The notes: generated from the sequence alone by a model not told the origin. A DNA stretch of 64,000 bases from Pirellulales bacterium (GCA_963716135.1 OY970289.1:4047744-4111743), one strand, 5' to 3'. Positions 10,832 to 21,262 are shown, counted from the first letter of the stretch. A program made the numbers and translations.

Positions 10832-12274
10832 ATGCGGAATTTGTGCAGTCGGCCCTGGGTTTCCCGCAACTTTGTCCTCATCTTGACGGCCGCAAGCGTT
10901 TGGCTGTTCGGCAGCCGACCGGCGGAGGCCCAAATTACGGTGGAGTCGGTGATTGGCACGGCCGTATCGAATTCGAACGATGCTCAATATCAAGACGTGG
11001 CCGACGCTCTGACGCGATTTCAAAACGGCGACGTGAACGCCGCGCGTGAACTTCTGGCTCGCGCCAAACAGAAAAATCCCAAACTGGCGCCCAGCGAAGT
11101 GATGCTCGCTAGATTGCTCGTGGCAGCCGGGCAATTGACGCTCGCCCGGGCCGAATTGGAACGTGCTGTCGTTGCCTACCCGGACGATCCGGAAGCCTAT
11201 TTATTGTTCGCGGAATTGGCGCTGCGCGAAGGACGCACGACGGACGCCGAAACACTGTTCGCAAAAGCCAAAACACTCTCCGACAATTTCAAGGAGAACT
11301 CCAAGCGGCAACGCAATTTTTTGATGCGGGCCAATGCCGGCCTGACGGGCGTCGCTGAAAACCGCGATCAATGGGACCAAGCGACGAAATTTTTGAAGGC
11401 CTGGCTCGAACTGGACCCCGACAGCGCGGCGGCGCATCAGCATTTGGGCCGCGCTTATTTCAAGCTAAAAAATGACAAGGACGCATACGAGGAATTCCAA
11501 TCCGCCGTGAAGCTCGATCCGCAACTGATGAATGCTGACATCATGATGGGGCAGATGTACGAGGACAGCAAAAACCGCGACCAGGCTGTCAAGTTCATTC
11601 AAGCCGCGGTCAAAAAGAATCCGCAGAGTCTAAAGGTACTGTTAGACGCCGCCATCTGGGCGATGGTTACCAACCGCATGGCAGATGCCCAAAGCTACGC
11701 CGACTCGGCGTTGCGGGTCGACCCCAAATCCGTCGACGCGCAAGTAGTCCGTGGTCAGGTTGCCCGCATGATGGGCGATTTGAAGACGGCGGAATCGCTG
11801 TTGGAGCAAGCGCATCTGCAGGCGCCCAGCAATCTCAACGCCGCGAATCAGTTGGCGATTGCCTTGGCGGATTCCAATGACAACGTCAAGAAGCAACGCG
11901 CTTTGGAACTCGCTCAATTGACGCTGCGCGTTTCCGCCCAGGGAAATCAAGTGAATCCCGCCGCACTAACCACGCTGGCTTGGGTCTACTACCGAATGGG
12001 CAAGGGCGCCGAAGCCGAACAGTTGGTAGGCAGGATTCTGGCCGGCGGAATGCTGAATGCTGATATCGCTTACTATGTTGCTAAAATCCTGCAGGAGCGC
12101 GGACGGGCTGACGACGCGACAAACCTGCTGGAAGCCGCATTGAAAAATCCGGCGCCGTTTATCCAGCGGCAGAATGCGTCCGAATTGCTCAAACAAATTT
12201 CTGCCACGAAAGCGGCGGACGCCCAGCCCGCCAAAAGCCAAAAAACCTCGTCCGAAGACTTCAAGTCCAAATGA
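10832..12274 (+). CDS. secreted TPR-repeat protein
   Basis: Signal peptide (LILTAASVWLFGSRPAEA) followed by repeated 34-aa A/L/Y-rich TPR-like units. Confidence 0.75.
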   Translation: MRNLCSRPWVSRNFVLILTAASVWLFGSRPAEAQITVESVIGTAVSNSNDAQYQDVADALTRFQNGDVNAARELLARAKQKNPKLAPSEVMLARLLVAAGQLTLARAELERAVVAYPDDPEAYLLFAELALREGRTTDAETLFAKAKTLSDNFKENSKRQRNFLMRANAGLTGVAENRDQWDQATKFLKAWLELDPDSAAAHQHLGRAYFKLKNDKDAYEEFQSAVKLDPQLMNADIMMGQMYEDSKNRDQAVKFIQAAVKKNPQSLKVLLDAAIWAMVTNRMADAQSYADSALRVDPKSVDAQVVRGQVARMMGDLKTAESLLEQAHLQAPSNLNAANQLAIALADSNDNVKKQRALELAQLTLRVSAQGNQVNPAALTTLAWVYYRMGKGAEAEQLVGRILAGGMLNADIAYYVAKILQERGRADDATNLLEAALKNPAPFIQRQNASELLKQISATKAADAQPAKSQKTSSEDFKSK

Positions 12275-12330
12275 GCTGACGTCTAGCTCACAAGTTTGGT
12301 TTTCGGACCCAAGGCAGCTAAGCCGGATTT

Positions 12331-13056
12331 CTAATCCAGCCGCTGGGGCGGCATCACCGACGGCAAGTCGTTCCTGCGGCGCGACGAGCCGCTCCCGGCC
12401 GGCTGCGTACGCGGATCGGTTGTCCCCTGGGCGTTCGATTTCGTCTTCCCCAACGATTCGGTGAGCGGGGCCGACCCCGGCTGCGCGTAAACCGAGGTCG
12501 GCCGCTTCACTGGTTTTTGATCGTCGGTCGGGGCTGGCTCCAAGGATCGGGTCCAGCCGTCAGATTTTGGAGCGATCTTGGCGGGCGTGGGCGATTGAGA
12601 CGTATCGTAGTCGTTTCCCTGTTGATTGTATCCAACCATCGAGGTGTCGCTGGTTCCGCTTGAACGCCGGCGGTCGCTTACGTACTGCCCTTGGTTATCG
12701 ACCGGTTGATTGTTGCTTTGTGGATTTTCGATTTGCTGGTTGTCGCTACGCTGATTGCCAAAGTGTTGCATGTCATTGCCTCGACGCCCGCGATCGCGCC
12801 GAATGAAGCCGGTTGGGCTTACCGCGGCCCGGCCGGTCGGCGTCATGGCGGGCACAGGCTCGATCGACTCGATGCGCTCCGGCCGGCATTGCGCGGTGGC
12901 GTGCCATCCGCCGTGGCCGTAGAACTTGGTGGGCACTTCCAGCGGCGGGAAGCCGACGTTCTCGCCGTTATGAAAGCTGGTGAACATCTCGAGGGCCGCA
13001 GCGTTGGAAACCAATGCCGCCATCGCAATACAACACAGCAAGACCAGACGGTACAT
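12331..13056 (-). CDS. secreted low-complexity hypothetical protein
   Basis: Signal peptide MYRLVLLCCIAMAALVSNAAA followed by a Q/N/D/S-rich body. No family recognised. Confidence 0.5.
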   Translation of the reverse strand: MYRLVLLCCIAMAALVSNAAALEMFTSFHNGENVGFPPLEVPTKFYGHGGWHATAQCRPERIESIEPVPAMTPTGRAAVSPTGFIRRDRGRRGNDMQHFGNQRSDNQQIENPQSNNQPVDNQGQYVSDRRRSSGTSDTSMVGYNQQGNDYDTSQSPTPAKIAPKSDGWTRSLEPAPTDDQKPVKRPTSVYAQPGSAPLTESLGKTKSNAQGTTDPRTQPAGSGSSRRRNDLPSVMPPQRLD

Positions 13057-13437
13057 GGAGGGCTCCGAAGGGGGAAGGACGTAACGGGGCGGGCGGTGCA
13101 GCGGCGCTTTCGGCGAGCGCGGGTGTTACGCATCTCTATTGTGCGCTCTATTTTGCACTTTGAGTCCCGCCCTCCCAGAAAATGATGGGTCACAAACCAT
13201 CAAATCTCCAACTTCTGGAAGCCTGAACCACCTATGCACGCCAATCCGGTGCTGCGGCGCCAGGGCAGGGCGGTAATCAGGCATTCCCCACACAAACTGC
13301 AAGGCCATCGCAGACGTTGCATATTCCAATACGGCGGGATTCCGCACGGCGAAACAGACGCCTATAACGATCGTGTAGTCGGCCTAACCTGCTCTGGATA
13401 GACTCTGGGGAATTATTTTCTCGACGTCAGCGGGTGC

Positions 13438-14415
13438 GTGCCAATTCCCGGGAGATTGGCGGTTATGGCAATCGTGGCGAGCGACTTTGGCGGACTGCTC
13501 TACTTGGGAATTGTGATGTTGCTGATCGCGGTATGCGTTGTGCTGTCGATCATTTCGATCATCTTTCTATGCGTGGCGGCTTACCGACTTCGAGATACCA
13601 CGCTCGTGGCCCCTATGGCATGGGTAATACTGAGCCTCGTACTCTGGGCATATGCAGTCGTAGCGCCCATGCGAGACGCACGGGGAAGTGCCTTGCCGGC
13701 AGATCGCCAAACCATAGCGGCAATTGCGTTGCTCAGCATGGCTTGCCCGATGGTTGCGCTTTTGGGTGCGCGGCGTCCGCAAAACAAAATTTGGCCATTG
13801 GTGGTGGCATCGTTGCTGGGAATCTTGATTCTGCCGGAGTTACCGAACCTGTTCGGACAAGGCGATCGGCAATTGGCGCACAGTGTGTGGCAGTGGTTTT
13901 TCGCCGGGCTGTTGCTGGTGGGCTGGTTAAACTTTTTGCCCACACGATTGATGTTGGCCGCCACACTTTGGTCGCTGCCCGGGCTGTGGTGGGCTTGGGG
14001 CGGAACCATCCATTGGTTGCAGATCTTTGCGCCGGCAGTGGCCTGCATCGCCGGTGTATTGGCGGTAAAGCGATGGAGGTCCGCGAACTCGGCGGGAAAC
14101 TGGAACCGAGTGTGGCGCGATTTTCGCAATCTGTACGGCGTCGTTTGGGCGCGGCGCGTGATGGAGCGCGCCAACGCGCTGGCCATCTCCGTGGGCGCCG
14201 AAGTGGCACTCGACTGGTGGGGCTTTCATGCAAGTCAACCGCTTCAAGCTGCAAGCGTTTCCGCGGCCCCATCCGCCGGCACGCAACAAGCGCCCTCTCT
14301 GGACCAGATGGCGCTGTTGGAACCCGGCCTGCGCAACCTGCTCCGCCGCTTTGTGTCCGACCGCTGGATTGACCAGCGGCTGGCGGCCGCCGACAGCTCC
14401 AATCAACCGCGCTGA
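13438..14415 (+). CDS. multi-pass membrane hypothetical protein
   Basis: 325-aa ORF with about 7 hydrophobic segments. The listed start is GTG; an ATG lies at about 13465. Confidence 0.55.
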   Translation: MPIPGRLAVMAIVASDFGGLLYLGIVMLLIAVCVVLSIISIIFLCVAAYRLRDTTLVAPMAWVILSLVLWAYAVVAPMRDARGSALPADRQTIAAIALLSMACPMVALLGARRPQNKIWPLVVASLLGILILPELPNLFGQGDRQLAHSVWQWFFAGLLLVGWLNFLPTRLMLAATLWSLPGLWWAWGGTIHWLQIFAPAVACIAGVLAVKRWRSANSAGNWNRVWRDFRNLYGVVWARRVMERANALAISVGAEVALDWWGFHASQPLQAASVSAAPSAGTQQAPSLDQMALLEPGLRNLLRRFVSDRWIDQRLAAADSSNQPR

Positions 14416-14510
14416 GGGTGTTTGTCAGGTCGCTTGCACCGCTTTACAATGGTGCGGCCGGATCATCGGCTCAATGAACTAGCGATTGCCACAACGTAAA
14501 AGGTCATCCG

Positions 14511-14702
14511 ATGAATGAAGATCTGGACAAGGTGATGAACGATATCGATCGTTCGGCCGAAGAGTGCTACATCGAGATGCGAGAGAAGGCCGCCGAATTG
14601 TGCCAGTCGGTCGAAACCTACGTGCGGAAGGAGCCGGTGAAGGCGGCGGTGATTGCCGTGGGACTGGGTTTTGTGGCTGGGGTGCTGTTGGCGCGGCGAT
14701 AG
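14511..14702 (+). CDS. DUF883 (ElaB/YqjD-like) tail-anchored stress protein
   Basis: 63 aa with a helical N-terminus and the C-terminal KEPVKAAVIAVGLGFVAGVLLARR anchor characteristic of YqjD/ElaB proteins. Confidence 0.7.
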   Translation: MNEDLDKVMNDIDRSAEECYIEMREKAAELCQSVETYVRKEPVKAAVIAVGLGFVAGVLLARR

Positions 14703-14753
14703 TTTGCGTCGCACCGATTCTTCAATCTCTCTTTGTACTCAAAGCGATCCCAC

Positions 14754-15308
14754 ATGGCGGACGACGGCACGCCCCACGCGCAGGATGCAACCGGCCGGGT
14801 TCCGCCGTCCGACGATCCTTCGGACGCCATGGGCGGCGGACCAAACCTGGACGATCGCCACGGGCCCGATGCAATCTATGAAGCGCTGGAACACCTGGCC
14901 GAAGCGCGCGAATATGCGGCGCATCTTGCCGGCGCAGAATTCGATCGCCTGAAAATGCGGCTTCGGCGCATGGCCATGTGGGCCATCGTCGGCGTGGCAG
15001 CCGTCGTCGTGTTTTTGGCGATTCTGGTAACGGCCGTCGGATTACTGCTGTGGGGGTTAGCCACGCTGCTTGTCGCGCTGGTGGGTTGGCCAATGTGGGC
15101 CGGCGCGATTGCCGTGGGCGGCGGCGTAGTGCTCGTTGCGGTGGCGGCGCTCCTGATCGACTTTTGGGCATGGAACCGGGGGGCATATTCAGCAGCCCGG
15201 CGCCGCTTCGAAACGCGCAAACGAAAGCAGCGCGAGCGGTTCGGCCGCAGTGTCGATCGGCGCGAGGATGCGCAGATCGATTCCAGCGCTGAACATCCGG
15301 CCGAATGA
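14754..15308 (+). CDS. membrane protein, possibly YqjE/holin-X-like partner of DUF883
   Basis: LAGAEFDRLKMRLRR followed by two long hydrophobic helices. Its position directly after a DUF883 gene mirrors the yqjD-yqjE arrangement. Confidence 0.5.
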   Translation: MADDGTPHAQDATGRVPPSDDPSDAMGGGPNLDDRHGPDAIYEALEHLAEAREYAAHLAGAEFDRLKMRLRRMAMWAIVGVAAVVVFLAILVTAVGLLLWGLATLLVALVGWPMWAGAIAVGGGVVLVAVAALLIDFWAWNRGAYSAARRRFETRKRKQRERFGRSVDRREDAQIDSSAEHPAE

Positions 15309-15341
15309 AATATTCTCCGGTCCTCGATTTAATATTGCGGA

Positions 15342-16483
15342 TTAACCAGGCGGCGCGGGCTGTGGATTCGATTCCGAGCCCTTTTGCGTCGATTGACCGG
15401 GAGGCTCCGGCTGTGGATCAAGCTGCAGCGATTTGCCAGGCTGTGGATTCGAGTCAGAGCCTTTTTGCGTCGGTTTGCCGGGCGGCTCCGGCTGCGGATT
15501 GAGCTGCAGCACTTTGTTCGATCCGGGGGGTTCGGGCTGCGGATTGAGCTGCAGCACTTTGTTGCTGCCGGGTGATTTGGGCTGCGGGCTAAATTGCATC
15601 AGATACACATGCTGGGCATTCACTTGATCCACGAATTGCAGCAGATACACGTGCGTTTTACGAAATGTGGGAAGATTCGCTATGACAGCATATTGAGATT
15701 GCTTGGCGACATCGTCGTAGCGCTTGGCCAACGCACGCACTTGATCGGATTCCTCCAGCGTCAAATCGCGTGCGCCGCGGGCAATTGTTGGATCTTTTTC
15801 GTATCGAGAAACTGCTGCCAGCCGGCGCCCGTTTCCATTCGACCCAGAGATTCATCGAGCTGCCGGGTGCTGGCGGCCAGGTCGCGATGGCTGCGTCCGA
15901 CCGACCCGAGCGCATACTCGGGAAGCAATACGTCCAGTGCGCGCACACCCCACATTTGCGCCAAAGCTTGATACTCAGGCTGGCGGCGGGCTTCGCTGAC
16001 TCGCTTCGCGATCGACTGGAGTTGCCCTCGTGTCGCAGCGTCCGTCGCTCCGGGAGGATCGCGCCATGCAGTGCAGGCCAGACCCCCCAGATCGAAATGT
16101 TTTCGCCATTGATCGCCGGTGGACAGGTTGTCGAGATCGTCATCCAAGCTGGCCAGCGCGCGGCGCACGCTGCGTTGCAACTGTTCGTTCGACATGCGGG
16201 CGACTTCTTGCTGCGAGGGGACAGGCGCAGGCTGCGGCGCCTCTTCCTGGTAGCGGCGCGGCGCGTTGTCGTACGAGTCGTAATTGTTCGCCGGCGGCGG
16301 CGAGAGCATCCGCATTAAATCACCCATATTGGGCGCCGGCCGCTGAGGAGGGGGCTGATTCTGCGGCGCCCCGAATTGGCGCTGGGCTCGCTGCGGTTGA
16401 TTAGCCTGCCCACGCGCAGTTTCGCTCAGTTCACTGACAATGGCCCACAACACCACGCACAGAATGGGCGCGGAACGGCGCAT
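15342..16483 (-). CDS. secreted hypothetical protein with C-terminal Pro-rich tandem repeats. It is listed as two ORFs overlapping in TTGA at 15761-15764; this is either a frameshift or a coupled gene pair.
   Basis: N-terminal signal MRRSAPILCVVLWAIV. The downstream ORF frame stays open upstream of its TTG start, so a single gene is plausible. The C-terminus carries NPQPEPPGSNKVLQL repeats. Confidence 0.5.
15345..15600 (-). repeat. in-frame tandem DNA repeats (about 45 nt, with a higher-order unit of about 75 nt) encoding (N/D)PQPEPPG-type units
   Basis: GGCTGCGGATTGAGCTGCAGCACTTTGTT is seen twice in tandem, with diverged copies upstream (GGCTGTGGATTCGA...). Confidence 0.8.
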
Positions 16484-16805
16484 GGCCTGCCTCACTTTTT
16501 CTTTGCCGTGCGCCAGCGGCACGGCAGCGACAAGGTGCCCCGGACGCCATCCAGTCTACTGCCGTCGGGGAACAAACTACAAGCCTGGGTAAGGTGCGAG
16601 AATTGGCGGCCTTTTGCGGGATGCGGCGATTCGAATACTGCCTTTGGGTACTGGCAATTCTTGCGATTTACGACCGCTCCCGGTCCGCCGAAAAAAATAT
16701 TCCACCTCAGTTGCTTGAATATGCACTATTGCGGGTGTAGCATGATTCCCACGATTGGCTAGAGCACGGAACACACTGACGCCTCGCATTTCTTTGAGGC
16801 ACATC

Positions 16806-17261
16806 ATGTTGATCAAGTTCTCTTGTGTTTTGGTGTTAACGGCCGGCTTTTTGATGCCGCCGTTGGTGAATGCTGACAACCGCAAGCCTGCTGACGCTCA
16901 AATGCAGGGCGCTGCGGCGAGCGATGATCAAGCGGCGCCGGCCGAGGGCAAATTGCACGGACGTTTGCCGCAATTCTATTCCAAGCTCGACGTGAGCACC
17001 GAGCAACGCCAAAGGATTTATCGAATTCAAGCTTCCTACGCGGCCAAGACCGATGCGCTGGAAAAACAGTTGCAGGAATTGAAAGCGCAATGCAACGCCG
17101 AAGCGAGAACCGTTCTAACGGCCGACCAGCAAGCCAAACTGGACGAACTGATCAGCGAACGAAAAAGCAAAAAATCGAAAGACGTGAAAACGGCCGACGT
17201 GAAGGCAACCGCGCCGGCGGCGGGAGACAGCAACAAAGTCACCGAGAGCGCTGCGAAATAG
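16806..17261 (+). CDS. periplasmic Spy/CpxP-like (LTXXQ-motif) protein
   Basis: Signal peptide MLIKFSCVLVLTAGFLMPPLVNA. Two helical LxxxQ units (LDVSTEQRQRIYRIQ, LTADQQAKLDELI) and a Lys-rich tail. Confidence 0.55.
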   Translation: MLIKFSCVLVLTAGFLMPPLVNADNRKPADAQMQGAAASDDQAAPAEGKLHGRLPQFYSKLDVSTEQRQRIYRIQASYAAKTDALEKQLQELKAQCNAEARTVLTADQQAKLDELISERKSKKSKDVKTADVKATAPAAGDSNKVTESAAK

Positions 17262-17311
17262 CAGACGGAAGAATATCGCACCTTGACTAATCAATCGCGG
17301 CGGCTCATTCG

Positions 17312-17346
17312 CCCGGCGGCGGCAAAAACCACCGCCGGGTTTTTTT
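17312..17346 (+). terminator. rho-independent terminator between convergent genes
   Basis: CCCGGCGG-N12-CCGCCGGG followed by TTTTTTT. Confidence 0.6.
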
Positions 17347-17414
17347 GCGCGACAATAATGGCGGCGCCCGATGATTGACGCCAGCGCCTCAACAAGCCCG
17401 GCGGAGAGCAAAAT

Positions 17415-19307
17415 CTATTGCCTGGCCAATCCGGGGACGACGGCGTCTGTTGGCTTACGCAGATTGTTGTCGTGCACCAGAACCATCGCCTTGCCGACAA
17501 AGTACGAATCGAAGTCGGCAACCACCAGGTTATATCCCGTCGATGGATCTTTTTCCGACTCGACCGCTTCGATCAGCATCGGCCCTCGTATGGTATGCAA
17601 CCAGTCGCCGGCATTAATTTCTTTGGCCATTTTCCAGCCGACGCCGGAAACCCACATCGGATGACCCGCCGTACAACGAATTAGCGTGTCTCCAGCCTGA
17701 ATCTTGATCAGAGAACTGGGCGAGCGAACTGTGGCATCGGTAACCGGCTTATATCCCAGTTCACCGGTTGCCGCATCCTGTGCCAGGACCCAATCGCCAG
17801 GTCGTACCTTTTCGATCTGCACAAGCCCGCTGATGGTCCAGACCGGCGTGCCGGCGGCAAAACATGAGTTGCGACCTCCGGTTGGGCCAGGCGGGACGTA
17901 AGGAGGCGCTGGTGCGATCGCAGCCACCGTATACGGCGAGCTGTACGTTTCTTCGCGGGCATATCGCGTGGGTCGCTTTTGCGGCCGATCGTATTCATTG
18001 TAATCGTTCCACCAATTGAACCACGCGATGGAGTCAGAGCCAAAATCCTTTCCCGTGGCAGTGCGGAGGACGGAGATTATTCGCTCGTTCGACGCCGCAA
18101 TGTCGTCGTTCTGCGCCAGCGCCTGGTTGGCGCGCTGTTCAGCCCTGGCTTCCGCTTTGGCCACCTTGGCCGTCGCCTTCTCAGGATCCGATTTCACGAC
18201 CACCGTTCCCGGCGTCCAGCCTGACGGCAAATTGGCGTTCATTCGCGCGCTCATTCGAGCGACGGCCGACGGATACCACGTGTTATCCATCACGCCGGTA
18301 GAAGTGTACATCTTGTCGCCCCAGGGATTTTCCTTGAACAGCGACATTTGATAACCCAAACTGCCATTGGGAGTCTGATATCTTTCGAACTGCACCGAAA
18401 TCGGCGTATCCAAGCCAGCAATCAACTGCGGCACATACGCATATAGCGACCGCGGCCGCAGCGCCTTGGCTGCCGCCTGGCGAACTTCAGCGCTCGGAGA
18501 AAATACCGCGAACCGCACCAGCGACTGCGTCGCCGCCACGTCGGGCATTTTCGAAAGGCTTTCAACCGCAGCGGCCGCCGCTTCGGTTTTGCCCTTGGCA
18601 AATACGGCCTCCATGGCAGGAATGGCCCTCGGGTCGGAGATCCCGCGCAATTCTTGCAGGGCCTCGGCCGCCGTCTGCTTGTTCTCGATTTGGCTGCGCA
18701 TCTTGACGAAGCGATCTTTCCACTTCAAATAGTCTTCCTGTTGCTTTTTCAAGTCGGCATCGAACGCTTCGACTTCCGATGCCGGCATTAACTGCTTGTG
18801 ATAGTAAACCAGGCCCAACTTGCTCCTGGCTTCGACCGAACTGCGATCGAGCGCCAGAACCGCTCGCCAGTGCGTTTGCGCCTCCTGCGACAATCCAACC
18901 TTTTCGCACCATCGGGCAAGCTGCCGTTGATCGTCAGCAATATTTTGTGCCTGGTCTCGGCGCTGGCGATATTCGTCTAACTTGGCAACGCGTTGCGGAT
19001 CTTGCGAAGGCGCATCGAACGCCACCCATTTTCCATCCAGCTTGACATCGCCTGAATGCCAATGGGCGATTGCCAAATTGGGATCGAGCTTCCGCGCCTG
19101 CGCGAGCAAAGCGGCGCGCCGGTCGGACCTGCCTTGAACTTCTGCCTCAAGTGCCTGCTGCACCAGCAGCTTGGCTTGTTCTACATTCTGCGCCGGCGCG
19201 GCTGGTTGATCGGTGGAATTTCCGCGATCTGCCCCACGGACGACCGACTGCTGCAGGGCTATCAGCGCAATCGCCAAATAGGTCAATCGAATGATGGCTA
19301 ACCGCAT
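17415..19307 (-). CDS. secreted TPR/HEAT-repeat protein with C-terminal Hint (bacterial intein-like) domain
   Basis: Signal peptide; HEAT-like PRAIPAMEAVFAKG...EVRQAAAKALRP. The last 149 aa start CFAAGTPVWT and end VLVHDNN plus a 15-aa tail, which are the Hint-domain block A Cys and the C-terminal His-Asn region. Confidence 0.8.
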   Translation of the reverse strand: MRLAIIRLTYLAIALIALQQSVVRGADRGNSTDQPAAPAQNVEQAKLLVQQALEAEVQGRSDRRAALLAQARKLDPNLAIAHWHSGDVKLDGKWVAFDAPSQDPQRVAKLDEYRQRRDQAQNIADDQRQLARWCEKVGLSQEAQTHWRAVLALDRSSVEARSKLGLVYYHKQLMPASEVEAFDADLKKQQEDYLKWKDRFVKMRSQIENKQTAAEALQELRGISDPRAIPAMEAVFAKGKTEAAAAAVESLSKMPDVAATQSLVRFAVFSPSAEVRQAAAKALRPRSLYAYVPQLIAGLDTPISVQFERYQTPNGSLGYQMSLFKENPWGDKMYTSTGVMDNTWYPSAVARMSARMNANLPSGWTPGTVVVKSDPEKATAKVAKAEARAEQRANQALAQNDDIAASNERIISVLRTATGKDFGSDSIAWFNWWNDYNEYDRPQKRPTRYAREETYSSPYTVAAIAPAPPYVPPGPTGGRNSCFAAGTPVWTISGLVQIEKVRPGDWVLAQDAATGELGYKPVTDATVRSPSSLIKIQAGDTLIRCTAGHPMWVSGVGWKMAKEINAGDWLHTIRGPMLIEAVESEKDPSTGYNLVVADFDSYFVGKAMVLVHDNNLRKPTDAVVPGLARQ

Positions 19308-19534
19308 AGATTCCTCGCTGTCGGAATTCCGACGTTTGCAAAGATGCGGCAGTGTGGCCCGACCACTGCCGGCAAATACCCGGTTCGCCGAAGCGAACGC
19401 CCCTACCTGAGAATCTACCTATTCTCTGTGGTAATTGCCAGACAATTTGCCGATAAGGGTAGCGCCAGCCCGAGCGGACCGCCGCCGGGTCATTCACGGC
19501 ACCCGCCGTAACCGCTTCAAGGCTTATCGATCAA

Positions 19535-20704
19535 TCAATGCGACCTGGCGGGTTGACCGACGCTGATCGGCGATTGGTCCGCCGAATCGTGAGGTTGTCG
19601 TCCCGTTTCCAAGTACGACTTCGCCCGGCTGAGGATGTCGCTCATGCGGGCTTTGGGATCGGCGCCAAACAACCGCGCCGCGGCGTGGCTCAAGAGCCCG
19701 CCCGGCGGGTGATAGGTCAGCGAAACCGTCACCTGCGTCTGGCGATTGCCGTGGCTGGCGAACTGCGCGCAACCGTGATACCGCACAGCCGACGCCGGCG
19801 AGCTTTCCCACGCCAGATGCTCGTTGGGCTCGCAGCGGGTGATGGTTTCCGTTATGACGACGTCGCGTCCTGCCGGCCCGGCCACCGTTTTCTCATATCG
19901 GCTGCCGCCCAAGGGTCGCACGGATTTCACGGTGCTGCTCAGCTTGGGGAGGTTCTGAGGATCGCTAAACAACTCGAACACTTGCTCCACCGGCGCCTCG
20001 ATGGTGATCGACTTTTGCATCCGGATGCCGCCGGCTTCATCGGTCAGTCCCAGCAGGCTGCGGCCGTTGCGATTCGTGGCCGCCCGTGCACACAGTCCCA
20101 ATCCGCAGGTGCCCAACAAAACCGCCCAAGGCGAGCGGCGAGCGAGCGAATTGGCGACCAACGCCGCTCCGGCCGTTCCGGCGGCCCAGCGCGCCCTCGG
20201 CGACCATTGGTGTTTCGCATGATGGCTGTGCTGGCCGCTGTGGCCGGAGCTTGCTTGTCCGGAAGACCCGCCCGAGCCGTCCAACGCATCTAGCTCGTTC
20301 TCTACGCTTTGCACTCCGTGGATCGACTGCACGGCCGAGACGAAATGATCGAGCTCGTTGCGCAGGATTCTTCCACTGAGTGTTACGCGGCCGCGGCGGG
20401 CGGCGACGCGCACCGACGAAGGTTGCGAAACATAGCGGCCCAACTTCGAACGCACTCGCTCTTCCAGCACCTCGTCGGAAACTTGTTTGCGCCACATTGA
20501 GGACGCCGCCTCCGCAAGGTTTCCATAGAAGCGGTTCGCCGCGTCGCGGGCGGCCAACATCGCGGCCTTATTTGCTTTGCCCATCGAATGCCGGGCTTGA
20601 TCGCGGAGCTGCGCTCGCCGGCGGTGACCGCGTTCGGGATCGCAAAGATACATCAAGCCGGCGCCGAGACCGGCCCCAGCCAACCAAGAAAGCGGTTTAG
20701 CCAT
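19535..20704 (-). CDS. BON-domain plus SRPBCC (cyclase/dehydrase-like) fusion protein
   Basis: N-terminus MAKPLSWLAGAGLGAGLMYLCDPERGHRRRA. BON-like VRVAARRGRVTLSGRILRNELDHFVSAVQSIHGVQSVENEL. C-terminal SRPBCC-like KSITIEAPVEQVFELFSDPQNLPK... Confidence 0.75.
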   Translation of the reverse strand: MAKPLSWLAGAGLGAGLMYLCDPERGHRRRAQLRDQARHSMGKANKAAMLAARDAANRFYGNLAEAASSMWRKQVSDEVLEERVRSKLGRYVSQPSSVRVAARRGRVTLSGRILRNELDHFVSAVQSIHGVQSVENELDALDGSGGSSGQASSGHSGQHSHHAKHQWSPRARWAAGTAGAALVANSLARRSPWAVLLGTCGLGLCARAATNRNGRSLLGLTDEAGGIRMQKSITIEAPVEQVFELFSDPQNLPKLSSTVKSVRPLGGSRYEKTVAGPAGRDVVITETITRCEPNEHLAWESSPASAVRYHGCAQFASHGNRQTQVTVSLTYHPPGGLLSHAAARLFGADPKARMSDILSRAKSYLETGRQPHDSADQSPISVGQPARSH

Positions 20705-21052
20705 GACATAATTCCTTTTGTTTGAAGGGCCGAACCAAAGGGCTGACAAGAGCCATCGCATCTGATTAATTCAGACTCCTAATGCCGTGCCACTAGGGCG
20801 AGGTCGATCCGGCGTACAAAGCTTGCGCTCGACGCCGACCGCCATGAACGGCTGCGTACCACCGACTCCGATGGATGCGATAACGCCACTATTAAAGACT
20901 TGATCGCGCGAATTGACAATCAGCGCAAGACAGATTTTTTGCCGTCGGCATCTTGCTATTTCCGCCAGTAATTAGCGAGACGCTTTGCGGCACGACTTTT
21001 GCAAGCCCGCCAGGACCGCCCAATTTGCCATCCCATTCGCGGCAAGAGTCCG

Positions 21053-21262
21053 TCAATCGACGCCGATCATCACCTCCGACGATTTCACCACTGCGTAAAC
21101 TTCTTTCCCCACCTTCAATTGCAAGTTGTCGGCCGAGTTTTTCGTAATCACCGACACGATCTGCTGCCCGCCGGCCAGTTCTACCGTGATCTCTGAATTG
21201 ACCGCCCCGGGCACGATCGACTTGATTTTGCCTTTGAGTTGATTTCGGGCGCTAATTTTCAT
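21053..21262 (-). CDS. mop: molybdenum-pterin binding protein (TOBE/Mop domain)
   Basis: 69 aa: MKISARNQLKGKIKSIVPGAVNSEITVELAGGQQIVSVITKNSADNLQLKVGKEVYAVVKSSEVMIGVD, the canonical single TOBE domain. Confidence 0.85.
   Translation of the reverse strand: MKISARNQLKGKIKSIVPGAVNSEITVELAGGQQIVSVITKNSADNLQLKVGKEVYAVVKSSEVMIGVD

Noticed and set aside
15305-15627. Plus-strand ORFs over the repeat region (a possible yqjK-like gene after the DUF883/holin-like pair). A CRISPR-like appearance of the repeats was also considered.
   Set aside because: The plus-strand products are repeat artefacts, antisense to a more plausible Pro-rich coding frame. The repeats are contiguous with no unique spacers and lie inside an ORF, so this is not a CRISPR array.
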